Position numbers and translations under genes: made by a program
Assembly: GCA_017507805.1 (NCBI GenBank)
Contig: JAFWAC010000001.1
Coordinates: 23,695-87,694, forward strand
Reading direction: 5' to 3'
Length of the DNA stretch: 64,000 nt
From: Clostridia bacterium
GTDB lineage: Bacteria; Bacillota; Clostridia; Oscillospirales; Acutalibacteraceae
Shown here: one piece after another, positions 15,619-24,971 of the stretch
Position numbering within the stretch: the stretch's first letter is position 1
Layout: each line of letters begins with the position of its first letter
The notes under the pieces: generated by a model
The model's input: the letters and a program-made list of their open reading frames with translations, nothing else
Database searches by the model: none
What the model was told of the DNA's origin: nothing

Positions 15619-17562
15619 TTAAATATCCAAATCTGTCGCATAAATTGCGTTTTCTTCAATAAATTTTCTTCTTGGCTCAACTTCCTCACCCATTAAAATG
15701 GTAAAGGTCTGGTCTGCCAATTCAGCATCTGCCATTGTAACCTGAAGCATTGTTCTGTGCTCAGGGTCAAGGGTTGTCTCCCAAAGCTGTTCGGGGTTCA
15801 TTTCACCAAGACCTTTATAGCGCTGAACATCAGCCGTTCCGCCCAACTGCTCTATATATCTGTCCTTTTCCTCGTCTGTAAAGGCATCAAAATATTTTTT
15901 GCCCTTTGCCACGCGGTAAAGCGGAGGCTGAGCTAAATAGATGTGTCCCGTCTCTATAAGCTGGGGCATATAACGGAAAAAGAAGGTAAGCAAAAGTGTT
16001 CTGATGTGGCTACCGTCAACATCGGCATCCGCCATAATTACAATTTTATCGTATCTCAGCTTACTTATATCAAAGTTTTCGGCAATACCTGTGCCAAGAG
16101 CCACGATAACGGGGGTTAGCTTGTCATTACCGTAAACCTTGTCCTCTCTTGCCTTTTCAACATTAAGCATTTTACCCCAAAGCGGTAATATTGCCTGATA
16201 GGTGCTGTTTCTGCCCTCAACCGCCGAGCCTCCTGCAGAGTCTCCCTCTACTATAAATATTTCGGTTTTGGTCGGGTCGTCCGAAATACAGTCCTTAAGC
16301 TTTTCGGGCATACGGGTTTTACCGCCTATACCCGACTTATTTCTCGAAGCATCGCGGGCTTTTTGTGCCGCTTCTCTTGCATTTGAAGCCGCAATAGCCT
16401 TTTCGATTATTATCTTTGAGTCATTTGGATGCTCCTCAAGGAATTGATAAAGCTGGTCGTTTACAAGGTCTCTCACAAGCTGACCGATTGAGGTATTACC
16501 AAGCTTTGCCTTGGTCTGGCTTTCAAACTGTGCATCTGCAAGCTTAACCGAAACAACTGCTACCAAGCCCTCTAAAATATCGTCACCCTTTAAATTATCC
16601 GAGCTTTCCTTGAGCTTTTTGAAATCGTGGGCATATTTATTAACAACCCTTGTCACTGTCTGGCGGAAAGCCTGCTCGTGTGTACCGCCGTCAATAGTGT
16701 GGAGTGTGTTTGCAAAGGATAAAATTTTACTGTCATAGGCAGTTGACCACAAAAGAGCAATCTCTGCGGTGCTGTCTCCCTTTTGGGCTGAAAGATAAAT
16801 TACTTCACTTGTAAGGCTTTCCTTTTTTATGCCTGCAAGCAGATACTCAACATAGGATTTAATACCGCCCTCAAAGCACAAATCATCTGTCTTTTCGCTT
16901 GTAAAGGAATCGCTTCTTTTGTCGGTCAAAACAATTCTTATACCTGCGTTAAGGAATGCCTGCTCTCTTAAACGGGTAAGCAAAATATCGTAATCGTAGG
17001 TAGTGGTATCAGTAAAAATTGCGGGGTCAGGCTTAAAGGTAACGGTTGTTCCTGTTTCGGTTGTGTCACCTATAATTTCAAGCTCGGACACAATATTACC
17101 CTTTTCATATCTTTGCTTGTAGATATTTTTACCGTCCTTAACCTCAACCTCAAGCCAGCTCGACAGGGCATTAACAACCGAAGCGCCAACACCGTGAAGT
17201 CCGCCCGAAACCTTATAGCCGCTGCCGCCGAATTTACCGCCGGCATGCAAAATGGTGAAAACAACCGTAACGGTGGGTATTCCCTTTTGAGGGTTAATTC
17301 CCACAGGTATACCGCGTCCGTTATCGGTAACACGGATAATACCGTCATCAAGAATGTCAACAGTTATTTTATCACAATAACCTGCTAAGGCTTCATCGAT
17401 TGAGTTGTCCACTATCTCATACACCAAGTGGTGGAGACCTCTTTCACCCGTTGAGCCGATATACATACCCGGTCTTTTTCTTACCGCCTCAAGACCTTCT
17501 AAAACCTGAATGGAATTTTCGTCATAGCTTTCGGTAACCGGGGTGATAATTTCGTTGTTCAT
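15619..17562 (-). CDS. gyrB: DNA gyrase subunit B
   Basis: 647 aa. GHKL ATPase motifs (VYEIVDNSIDEA, GLHGVG). Toprim EGDSAGG. Confidence 0.98.
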   Translation of the reverse strand: MNNEIITPVTESYDENSIQVLEGLEAVRKRPGMYIGSTGERGLHHLVYEIVDNSIDEALAGYCDKITVDILDDGIIRVTDNGRGIPVGINPQKGIPTVTVVFTILHAGGKFGGSGYKVSGGLHGVGASVVNALSSWLEVEVKDGKNIYKQRYEKGNIVSELEIIGDTTETGTTVTFKPDPAIFTDTTTYDYDILLTRLREQAFLNAGIRIVLTDKRSDSFTSEKTDDLCFEGGIKSYVEYLLAGIKKESLTSEVIYLSAQKGDSTAEIALLWSTAYDSKILSFANTLHTIDGGTHEQAFRQTVTRVVNKYAHDFKKLKESSDNLKGDDILEGLVAVVSVKLADAQFESQTKAKLGNTSIGQLVRDLVNDQLYQFLEEHPNDSKIIIEKAIAASNAREAAQKARDASRNKSGIGGKTRMPEKLKDCISDDPTKTEIFIVEGDSAGGSAVEGRNSTYQAILPLWGKMLNVEKAREDKVYGNDKLTPVIVALGTGIAENFDISKLRYDKIVIMADADVDGSHIRTLLLTFFFRYMPQLIETGHIYLAQPPLYRVAKGKKYFDAFTDEEKDRYIEQLGGTADVQRYKGLGEMNPEQLWETTLDPEHRTMLQVTMADAELADQTFTILMGEEVEPRRKFIEENAIYATDLDI

Positions 17563-17584
17563 AAAAATATTCCTTTCTACCGCT

Positions 17585-17860
17585 TTATTTTTTCAAACCT
17601 AAAATATCTGTTAAATCTCTGCGCCTTGACAGCACCGAGGAAGAAATCTGTGAAATATATACCCTATTTCTTTTTAATTTATCTGAGCAGACAATAAAGG
17701 ATTTTGGCATTTCAAGGCTAACATTTGTAACAATACCGCTTTTTTCTGCCTTGTTTAAAAATATTCTGGTATTACTTACAACGGTTGAGCTTTCAATATC
17801 AAAAATACCGATTATATCCTTTTCATTTACAACCCTGCCTTGACCTAAATGCACAAACAT
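17585..17860 (-). CDS. DUF370-family protein (RemB/YaaB-like)
   Basis: 91 aa. Conserved position between recF and gyrB, as for B. subtilis remB. Starts MFVHLG... Confidence 0.75.
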   Translation of the reverse strand: MFVHLGQGRVVNEKDIIGIFDIESSTVVSNTRIFLNKAEKSGIVTNVSLEMPKSFIVCSDKLKRNRVYISQISSSVLSRRRDLTDILGLKK

Positions 17861-18924
17861 TAAATCAAACTGCCTTTCGAAACCTTAAATATTTTACCTG
17901 CTTTAAGATTTTTGAAATTTGAGGGGTCACAGCAGGTTAAAAATGCCTGCATTCCCTCAATATGATTAAGCACAAAATTCTGCCTTTCGGGGTCAAGCTC
18001 ACTCATAACATCGTCAAGCAGAAAAACCGGACTTTCTCCCGCGCTTTTTTTTATTACCTCTGCTTCCGAAAGCTTAAGGGAAAGTGCAACACTGCGTTTT
18101 TGTCCCTGTGAGCCAAAGCTTCTTGCAGAAACCCCGTTAATTTTAAAAACAAGGTCATCCCTGTGCGGCCCTACCGAGGTTTTTCCGCTGAACATATCCT
18201 CTTTTCTTGAAATAACAAGCCTTTCACTTAAATCCTTGCCCTCACAGACACAAAGGTAAGAGGTATCAAGTATTTCCTTGCCTGAGGAAAGTCCGGAATA
18301 AACAACCGGCAAAAATTCGTTAAGCCTTTCAACATACCGTTTTCTTAAATTAATTATTTTCTCGCCGTTAATTGCAATTTCATTTTCAAAAGCATCAAGC
18401 ATAACACTAAGGCCCGAATCGTTTTTAAAATCCTTTATAATTCGGTTTCGCTGTGTTACTGCCCTTGTATAATTTCTTAAAAGCTCTATATAGGAGGGGT
18501 AAAGCGAGCCTATCGCAATGTCTAAAAATCTCCGTCTTAATGCCGGTCCCTCTTTAACAATACTTAAATCATTCGGAGAAAAAACAATCGCATTAAAGCT
18601 TCCTGCAAGCTGTGACGCCGTTTTTAATTTATTGTTGTTTAAAACAGCACTTCTTTTTTCGGTTATCTGAAGCCTTGCATCCTTTTTAATTCCCTCTGCA
18701 AAGAAATCAAGCTCCAAATCCGCCTGCTCCTTGCCGAAAAGTACAAGCTCCTTATCCTTGCTTCCTCTGAAGCTTTTAGCACCCGTGAAAAGCCAGATTG
18801 CCTCAACAATATTCGTTTTTCCCTGAGCATTTTCACCGCAGATAACATTCATTCGGTCACACGGCTCAAGAGAAAGCCCTCCGATATTGCGGAAATTTTT
18901 TATTTGAAGCCTTAAAACCCTCAT
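17860..18924 (-). CDS. recF: DNA replication/repair protein RecF
   Basis: 354 aa. Walker A GENAQGKTN. SMC-like signature GSQGQKRS. Walker B LLDDV. Confidence 0.96.
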   Translation of the reverse strand: MRVLRLQIKNFRNIGGLSLEPCDRMNVICGENAQGKTNIVEAIWLFTGAKSFRGSKDKELVLFGKEQADLELDFFAEGIKKDARLQITEKRSAVLNNNKLKTASQLAGSFNAIVFSPNDLSIVKEGPALRRRFLDIAIGSLYPSYIELLRNYTRAVTQRNRIIKDFKNDSGLSVMLDAFENEIAINGEKIINLRKRYVERLNEFLPVVYSGLSSGKEILDTSYLCVCEGKDLSERLVISRKEDMFSGKTSVGPHRDDLVFKINGVSARSFGSQGQKRSVALSLKLSEAEVIKKSAGESPVFLLDDVMSELDPERQNFVLNHIEGMQAFLTCCDPSNFKNLKAGKIFKVSKGSLI

Positions 18925-19133
18925 AAAATAACAAATCCGCTGTCTTCAAATTCCACACTGTCTCCGCTTCTGAGCTTCTTTCCGCGCATAGTGCAAACCT
19001 CGCCGTTCACCTTAACTTCACCGTTTTGAATAACGATTTTTGCGTGACCGCCGGTAACAACCAAATCTGCCAATTTCATTGCGCTGTCAAGACGGATAAA
19101 ATCCTCTTTTATCCTGATTTCCTTAAATTCCAT
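18921..19133 (-). CDS. yaaA: S4-domain RNA-binding protein YaaA
   Basis: 70 aa. Conserved dnaN-yaaA-recF synteny. Overlapping start/stop codons. Confidence 0.85.
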   Translation of the reverse strand: MEFKEIRIKEDFIRLDSAMKLADLVVTGGHAKIVIQNGEVKVNGEVCTMRGKKLRSGDSVEFEDSGFVIL

Positions 19134-20233
19134 TATTTCAACCTCATCGGCATTATCATATATTTAAATTCGTCACCGTCTGCCGGTACAATCAGCACAC
19201 CTGCATTCGGGCCGTTAAAGAGAATTTGAACCGTTTCAGCCTCTGCCGCGCGCAAAGCCTCCAAAAGATAGCGGCTGTTAAGACCGATTTCAAAGCTTTC
19301 ACCCTCTAATTTTGTGTTAAAGGTTTCGGTAGCCCTTCCCATCGCGGTAGCGCAGGTGAAAACCACATTAAGCTCGTTAAAATAACAGCGAAGCGGAGTG
19401 GAAAAGGATTCGCTTATAAGCAGAGATACGCGCTCTATAATATCGATAAGCTCCCTTGTGTTAATAACAACCCTTTGCTGATGCTCCTGCGGAATGGTTT
19501 TTTGATAATTAACAAACTCTCCCTCTAAAAGACGGGAAATAAAGCAATAGCCCTCAATTTCAAAGCTTATGAGACGGTCTCCCACACTAACGGTTATGTC
19601 CTCGCTTTGGTTTTCTATAAGCTTAACCGCCTCTAAAACAGCTCTGCTTGTAACCGTAAAGGAAAGCTCATTTTCAATATTAACCTTCTGTTTTCTGATT
19701 GCTAAACGGTAACCGTCAATCGCAACCAACTGCATAACGCCGCCGGTAAAGGAAAAATTAATTCCGGTTAAAATCGGTTTTGCACCCTCGGTCTGAGCCG
19801 CTGCAAAGCTTGTGCCCTTAACCATTTCCGAAAGAATTTCAGCGCCTAATTTTACCGAAACCCCATCCTCAACAGCAGGCATTTCGGGATAATCAATCGC
19901 CGCCATACCCATAATATCAAAGGTTGCCCCTCCGCATTTGATGTGACAGTTAAGACGGTCATCAGCACTTATCTCAACCTGTGTACCGTTTAAGCGGCGC
20001 AGAATGTCGGCAAGAAGGCGCGCGTTTATAACAATGTCACCCTCCTCGTCACATTTAGCGTATATTTCCTTTTTCATTCCTATTTCCAGATTGTAGGATA
20101 TGAGTGTAAGGCAGCCTTGCCTTGCAGAAATGAATATACCTTCAAGCACAGGCATTGAGGTTTTTGCTCCCACTGCCCTCTGAAGCTTTGAAACGGTATC
20201 TAAAAGTGCTGAACGCTCAACTGAAAAAATCAT
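19133..20233 (-). CDS. dnaN: DNA polymerase III beta sliding clamp
   Basis: 366 aa. Typical DnaN N-terminus and three-domain length. Follows dnaA. Confidence 0.97.
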   Translation of the reverse strand: MIFSVERSALLDTVSKLQRAVGAKTSMPVLEGIFISARQGCLTLISYNLEIGMKKEIYAKCDEEGDIVINARLLADILRRLNGTQVEISADDRLNCHIKCGGATFDIMGMAAIDYPEMPAVEDGVSVKLGAEILSEMVKGTSFAAAQTEGAKPILTGINFSFTGGVMQLVAIDGYRLAIRKQKVNIENELSFTVTSRAVLEAVKLIENQSEDITVSVGDRLISFEIEGYCFISRLLEGEFVNYQKTIPQEHQQRVVINTRELIDIIERVSLLISESFSTPLRCYFNELNVVFTCATAMGRATETFNTKLEGESFEIGLNSRYLLEALRAAEAETVQILFNGPNAGVLIVPADGDEFKYMIMPMRLK

Positions 20234-20439
20234 AATTTTTGCTCCTTAAAACAATATAAAAAATAACAGTAGTAATAAGTGCGGTGGAAATTGTGGAAAA
20301 CCTGATTTTGCCTTTTAAAAAAAGGAAAGGGCTGTCCAACGGGGGGTGTGTATAAAAAGTGAATAATTAGGACAACCAAAACGATCCACACCCCGTGTTT
20401 ATAACTTTTCGGTGTATAACGGTTAATTTAGTGGAAAAC
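20234..20439. other. oriC part: DnaA-box cluster in the dnaA-dnaN intergenic region
   Basis: One-mismatch boxes TGTGGAAAA (20292..20300) and TGTGTATAA (20347..20355). At least five 2-mismatch boxes (20382..20390, 20395..20403, 20411..20419, 20430..20438 and others). Confidence 0.65.
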
Positions 20440-21792
20440 CTAACTCCACAAATTACCCTCTTTACTGCTCTTTAAATTTTTAATAATATCCTCAACAAGC
20501 TCGCGTTGGTGAGGCTTGTCCTTTAAAAAGTTTTCAATTTTATTTACATTGTGAAGCACCGTTGTGTGGTCCTTACCGAAGCTTTCACCGATTGCTTTAA
20601 AGGAAAGGGCTGTGGTTTCCCTTGCAATATACATCGCAACCTGACGCGCCAGCACAAGGTTTGCGGTTTTTCTGTTTGAAAGAATGTCCGATTCCGAAAC
20701 ATTGTAGGTTCTGGCAACCTCGGAAATTATTTTGTCAATCGTTATCGGCTCAGGCTCAGTATCGGTGGTAACCTCCTTGATATACTCCTGAACAATGGCA
20801 ATGGTAGGCACCTTGTTTTGAAGTGTGGCATAAGCCTTTAGCTTTTTAACAATTCCCTCAAGCTGTCTAGGGCTCATTTTCAATTGCTCCGCAATAAAGA
20901 AAACAATGTTTTCGTTGATTTCAAAACCGTGATGCTCCGCCTTTTTCTTTATAATTCCAACCCTTGTTTCAAAGTCGGGAATTGTGATGTCTGCAAAAAG
21001 ACCGCTTTCAAGTCTTGAACGGATACGGTCGTCAAGGGTTTTAACGTCCTTCGGGGGGCGGTCAAGGGTGACAACAATCTGCTTGTTTTTTTGTTGCAGA
21101 GTATTAAAGGTATTGAAAAATTCCTCCTGTGTCTGCTCCTTGCCTGCGATAAAATGAATATCGTCTATAAGCAGGACATCCGCATTGCGGTATTTCTCGC
21201 GGAAATCGTCAATCGAGCCCATTCCAAGCTTACCGTCCTGCAAGGATTTTATAAGCTGATTGGTAAACTCCTCACTTCTTATATACTCAAGCTTTTTGTT
21301 CGGAAACTTTTGCCTTATTGCGTTTTTGATTGCAAGCATAAGATGGGTTTTTCCCACACCCGAGGGCCCGTAAATAACGAGGGGATTAAACTTTATTTCG
21401 GGGTAGCTTTCAACAATTCCCTTGGCGGCGGCGTGAGCAAAGCGGTTTGTTGAGCCGACAATGAAGTTCTGAAAGGTGAAAAAGTCCTCAAAAGAAAGCC
21501 CCTCACTGAATTGCTCGGCATTAAGTATCTCTTTTTCCTCATCCTCAAGAATAATCCTGATTTCCACGGGTATTCCCATCACAGCCTTAACACAGTCGTT
21601 TAAAAGCTCGGTGTAATTCTGCTCTATAAGACCGCGCATATAATCGCTGTTGATAGAAACCGTTAATTCGCCCGAATCAAGAGAAACAGGCTTTAGGTCC
21701 TTTAAAAAGCAGTCAAAGGCAATGTCTGAAATATGCTTTTTACATTCCTCACAAACTGCAAACCAAATATCATCCAAAGAATTAATTGGCAT
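20440..21792 (-). CDS. dnaA: chromosomal replication initiator protein DnaA
   Basis: 450 aa. AAA+ Walker A GPSGVGKTHL. C-terminal DNA-binding helix KDHTTVLHNV. Confidence 0.98.
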   Translation of the reverse strand: MPINSLDDIWFAVCEECKKHISDIAFDCFLKDLKPVSLDSGELTVSINSDYMRGLIEQNYTELLNDCVKAVMGIPVEIRIILEDEEKEILNAEQFSEGLSFEDFFTFQNFIVGSTNRFAHAAAKGIVESYPEIKFNPLVIYGPSGVGKTHLMLAIKNAIRQKFPNKKLEYIRSEEFTNQLIKSLQDGKLGMGSIDDFREKYRNADVLLIDDIHFIAGKEQTQEEFFNTFNTLQQKNKQIVVTLDRPPKDVKTLDDRIRSRLESGLFADITIPDFETRVGIIKKKAEHHGFEINENIVFFIAEQLKMSPRQLEGIVKKLKAYATLQNKVPTIAIVQEYIKEVTTDTEPEPITIDKIISEVARTYNVSESDILSNRKTANLVLARQVAMYIARETTALSFKAIGESFGKDHTTVLHNVNKIENFLKDKPHQRELVEDIIKNLKSSKEGNLWS

Positions 21793-21960
21793 TGTATTTT
21801 TACCGTCCTTTTATATGTACTAAGTATATAAGATTATATATATACTTATCTTTATACTATATACTAAATTAGTATAACATACGAACAAATTTTTTTCAAC
21901 TTTTTTCCACCAAAAAAGTGCATAAAAAAACACACTTTTGTTAATGCTTTTTAAAAAGAG
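21793..21960. other. AT-rich dnaA upstream region (possible DNA-unwinding element / dnaA promoter)
   Basis: Very AT-rich run with TATACT/TATATA iterations. One weak DnaA box TTTTCCACC at 21903..21911. Confidence 0.4.
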
Positions 21961-21975
21961 AAGGAGAATATAAAA

Positions 21976-22818
21976 ATGGGTGTCAGAACTGACCTTGCGA
22001 TTGAGCTTTTAAACGGGCAGGAGCAAGAGGGTGTAAGGCTTGAAAATCGGGAAAAGGGAGGGGTCAAAATAACCGAAACCGAAATAATTACAGAGGAGGC
22101 GGAAAAAAGACTTTCAAAGCCAAGAGGAAAATATGTGACGCTTGAATTTGAGTCTGTTGAGAGGCTTAACAGCTTTGATAATATCATCGAAGCGCTGAAA
22201 GAGGAAGTAACAAAGCTTTTACCGCAGGATTTCCAAAGTATTCTGGTTGTGGGCTTGGGAAACAGCGAAATCACTGCCGATTCGATAGGGCCTGCCGTTT
22301 CTGCAAGACTGCTTGCAACCCGCCACATTGCCGGAAAATTTGCCGAAAGCATCGGGCTTAAGGGGCTTAAAAGCGTTTCGGTTGTAGCCCCGAATGTTTT
22401 AGGTAAAACAGGGATTGAAGCGGCAGAAATAATAAAGGGAATTGTGGAAAAAACAAAGCCGCAGGCGGTTGTTGTGACCGATGCATTGGCAAGCAGCAGT
22501 ATAAACCGTCTTTTCAGAACGGTTCAGCTTTGCAACACCGGAATTTCCCCCGGCTCGGGAGTGAAAAATTCGCGCAAGGAATTAAGCCCCGAAGTCCTTG
22601 GAGTGCCGGTAATTGCAGTGGGAGTTCCCACCGTTGTAGATGCCCTCACCCTTGCGGCAGAGATAACCGATTCACAGCCGGTTTTTGATACCGATATGGT
22701 TGTCACTCCAAAGGATGCCGACCTGCTTTGCCACCGCATAAGTGAAATTATTTCCCATGCCTTAAACCTTGCCCTCCAGCCCGAAATCGACCCCGAGCTT
22801 TTAATGAGTCTGGTATAA
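21976..22818 (+). CDS. gpr: germination protease (spore endopeptidase GPR)
   Basis: 280 aa. N-terminal RTDLAIE. GPR-family conservation (VVGLGN, GISPGSGV). Confidence 0.93.
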   Translation: MGVRTDLAIELLNGQEQEGVRLENREKGGVKITETEIITEEAEKRLSKPRGKYVTLEFESVERLNSFDNIIEALKEEVTKLLPQDFQSILVVGLGNSEITADSIGPAVSARLLATRHIAGKFAESIGLKGLKSVSVVAPNVLGKTGIEAAEIIKGIVEKTKPQAVVVTDALASSSINRLFRTVQLCNTGISPGSGVKNSRKELSPEVLGVPVIAVGVPTVVDALTLAAEITDSQPVFDTDMVVTPKDADLLCHRISEIISHALNLALQPEIDPELLMSLV

Positions 22819-22860
22819 AAAGGAAGCCACGGACATAAAATTATCTATGGAGATGAGATT

Positions 22861-23919
22861 ATGTCAGGAAACGGTGTTTTAAGGCTTTTTTTGGTGTTTT
22901 TAAGCTGTTTTGCCATTATTTTTTGCAACGCGGCGGAAATAATAAAAAAGGACACATTTTTTAATTATTTTGAAAGCAAAGGCACTGCCGATTATTTTTT
23001 ATCAGACGGCGGTGAGCTTGAATTAGTCCCCGAAGCCCCTCAAAAAACCGAAAGCGAACCGCAAAAGACCGAAAGCTCCTCAAAAGCTGAAAGCACCGCC
23101 GACACCTCCTCAAAGCAAACCTCTGCCGAAGCGGTTAAGGGGAAAATATTAAGTCAGTACATTTCACCCTATAACGCGCCCCTTTCCTATAACGGCGTAT
23201 ATATGAAAAACAGCACCGACCTTAAAATAGATATAAAAGCCCTGCTTGGTGCAAAGCTGGGCTTTAAAATAGAAAAAAACTCCCAGCCGCAGGTTTTGAT
23301 ACTTCACACCCACGCAACCGAAACCTTTATGCAGACAGATAACGATTATTACACCGCCGATTTTTCCTCCCGAACCAAGGATACCTCGAAAAATATGGTT
23401 AAAATCGGCTCCATCGTAGCCGAAAAGCTAAACTCAGCCGGTATTAAGACCTTGCACGATAAAACACTTCACGATTCGCCGCAGTATTCAGGGAGCTATT
23501 CCCGTGCGGCAGAGACAATCTGCTCCTACCTCAAAAAATACCCCTCAATAAAAATTGTTTTAGACCTCCACCGCGATGCCGTGACCTCCGGAAACGATAA
23601 GGTCAAGCTTGTCACCGAGATTGAGGGCAAAAAGGCGGCACAGGTGATGCTTGTGATGGGCTCGCAAAGCGGAAGCGTGACCAATTTCCCGAAATGGCAG
23701 GAAAATTTGAAATTGGCGCTCAGGCTTCAGCAAATTTTGGAGATTAAATTTCCAACCCTTGCCCGACCTTTAAGCCTTATGCCTAAAAATTATAACCAAA
23801 GCCTCACAACCGGCTCTCTGCTTTTGGAGTTCGGTACAGATGCCAACACCCTGACCGAAGCCTGCTTTTCGGCAGAGCTTGTGGGAGAAGCCCTTGTCAG
23901 CCTTCTTAACACACTTTAA
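22861..23919 (+). CDS. spoIIP: stage II sporulation protein P
   Basis: 352 aa. N-terminal anchor. SpoIIP amidase motifs ILHTHATE and LDLHRD. Confidence 0.92.
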   Translation: MSGNGVLRLFLVFLSCFAIIFCNAAEIIKKDTFFNYFESKGTADYFLSDGGELELVPEAPQKTESEPQKTESSSKAESTADTSSKQTSAEAVKGKILSQYISPYNAPLSYNGVYMKNSTDLKIDIKALLGAKLGFKIEKNSQPQVLILHTHATETFMQTDNDYYTADFSSRTKDTSKNMVKIGSIVAEKLNSAGIKTLHDKTLHDSPQYSGSYSRAAETICSYLKKYPSIKIVLDLHRDAVTSGNDKVKLVTEIEGKKAAQVMLVMGSQSGSVTNFPKWQENLKLALRLQQILEIKFPTLARPLSLMPKNYNQSLTTGSLLLEFGTDANTLTEACFSAELVGEALVSLLNTL

Positions 23920-23933
23920 AAAAACAAAAAGGA

Positions 23934-24140
23934 ATGATAAAAATAAAAAAACAGACAAAAACCTTTTTAAGAAGCTTTTATATCTCCTCTGTAGTGGTTT
24001 TCTGCCTGCTTTTCGGGTTGCTTGCCGCCGCAAAGGCTTATGAAAGCATCCGCCTTATCGGCTTCGGCGAATACCGCCGCGCGGTTGAATACCGTGACGG
24101 CACCCTTTATTTGTTCGATATTTCGTTTTTTGAAAATTGA
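23934..24140 (+). CDS. hypothetical small membrane protein
   Basis: 68 aa with one TM helix (VVVFCLLFGLLAAA). AAAGGA RBS. Follows spoIIP. Confidence 0.45.
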   Translation: MIKIKKQTKTFLRSFYISSVVVFCLLFGLLAAAKAYESIRLIGFGEYRRAVEYRDGTLYLFDISFFEN

Positions 24141-24178
24141 TGAAAAAAATTTATTATGTAAATATAATAAAATCAAAC

Positions 24179-24201
24179 GGGAGGCGAAACGCCTCCCCTA
24201 C
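24179..24201 (-). terminator. short GTAGGGGA-family hairpin (H-1); probable terminator of the RHH gene
   Basis: Minus strand GTAGGGGAGGCG-TTT-CGCCTCCC followed by GTTTGATTTTAT. Homologous, in inverted orientation, to 47676..47699. Confidence 0.45.
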
Positions 24202-24257
24202 AATTTATCAAGAAAATATAATTAACATTTCGTAGGGAACGAGTTTTAAAATTTGGT

Positions 24258-24443
24258 TTATTCCGATTGACCTTTTTCCTCTTTTAAATTTGCCAAAGCA
24301 ACCCTCACTGCTTCAATAACAAAAGCAGTGAAAGTGCAGTTAGTTCCTTTTATTTCATTTTCTACCTGTTCTATAATATCATTTGGAAAGCGAATACATT
24401 TATTAGTAGTAGGTGGTTGGGACGGAATTTTAAAGCTTTTCAT
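24258..24443 (-). CDS. small ribbon-helix-helix (Arc/YlcI-like) DNA-binding protein
   Basis: 61 aa from the ATG at 24443 (GAGGTGA RBS). KCIRFPNDIIEQVE beta-strand/helix signature. The 23-aa upstream extension was rejected. Confidence 0.6.
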   Translation of the reverse strand: MKSFKIPSQPPTTNKCIRFPNDIIEQVENEIKGTNCTFTAFVIEAVRVALANLKEEKGQSE

Positions 24444-24453
24444 AAAATCACCT

Positions 24454-24489
24454 CTGCAAATATTATTGTATATCAAAAAATATTTGCAG
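24454..24489. promoter_or_regulatory. operator-like inverted repeat CTGCAAATATT-N14-AATATTTGCAG
   Basis: Perfect 11-bp arms in the divergent control region. Additional ATTGCA direct repeats at 24495..24512. Confidence 0.45.
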
Positions 24490-24569
24490 TATGCATTGCA
24501 AATGTATTGCAATCATAAAAATTTTATGTTACCATATTAAAAAAGAAAATTATAATAAAGGTAAAAAAT

Positions 24570-24971
24570 ATGATTAAAAAAATAGTGGTTGCAGGGTGCA
24601 GGGATTATCAGGATTATGAACAGGCAAAGGAATACATAGATTTCTGCATCAGTAATATAAAAAAGAAATATACCCTTGTTTTTGTGTCGGGTGGGTGTGC
24701 CGGCGCGGATATGCTCGGTGAGCGCTATGCCAGGGAAAACGGATATGAAATTGAGCGCTATCCTGCCGAATGGGAAAAATACGGCAGGTCTGCAGGACCG
24801 AAAAGAAACGAACAAATGGCAAAGGCTGCGGATTTTGTTATCTGCTTTTGGGACGGACAAAGCCGCGGCACAAAAACAATGATTGAATTTGCAAGACAAA
24901 TGGGAAAACGCGTAAAAATCAAGAAAATAAAATTAACATTCCCTACAAATAATTTATGTTTAAAACATTGA
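24570..24971 (+). CDS. SLOG-superfamily protein, DUF2493-like
   Basis: 133 aa. VVAGCRDY, VSGGCAGADMLGERYA, GPKRNEQMA, WDGQSRGTK. The last ~15 aa read through a repeat terminus and overlap the polC 3' end by 12 nt. Confidence 0.75.
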   Translation: MIKKIVVAGCRDYQDYEQAKEYIDFCISNIKKKYTLVFVSGGCAGADMLGERYARENGYEIERYPAEWEKYGRSAGPKRNEQMAKAADFVICFWDGQSRGTKTMIEFARQMGKRVKIKKIKLTFPTNNLCLKH

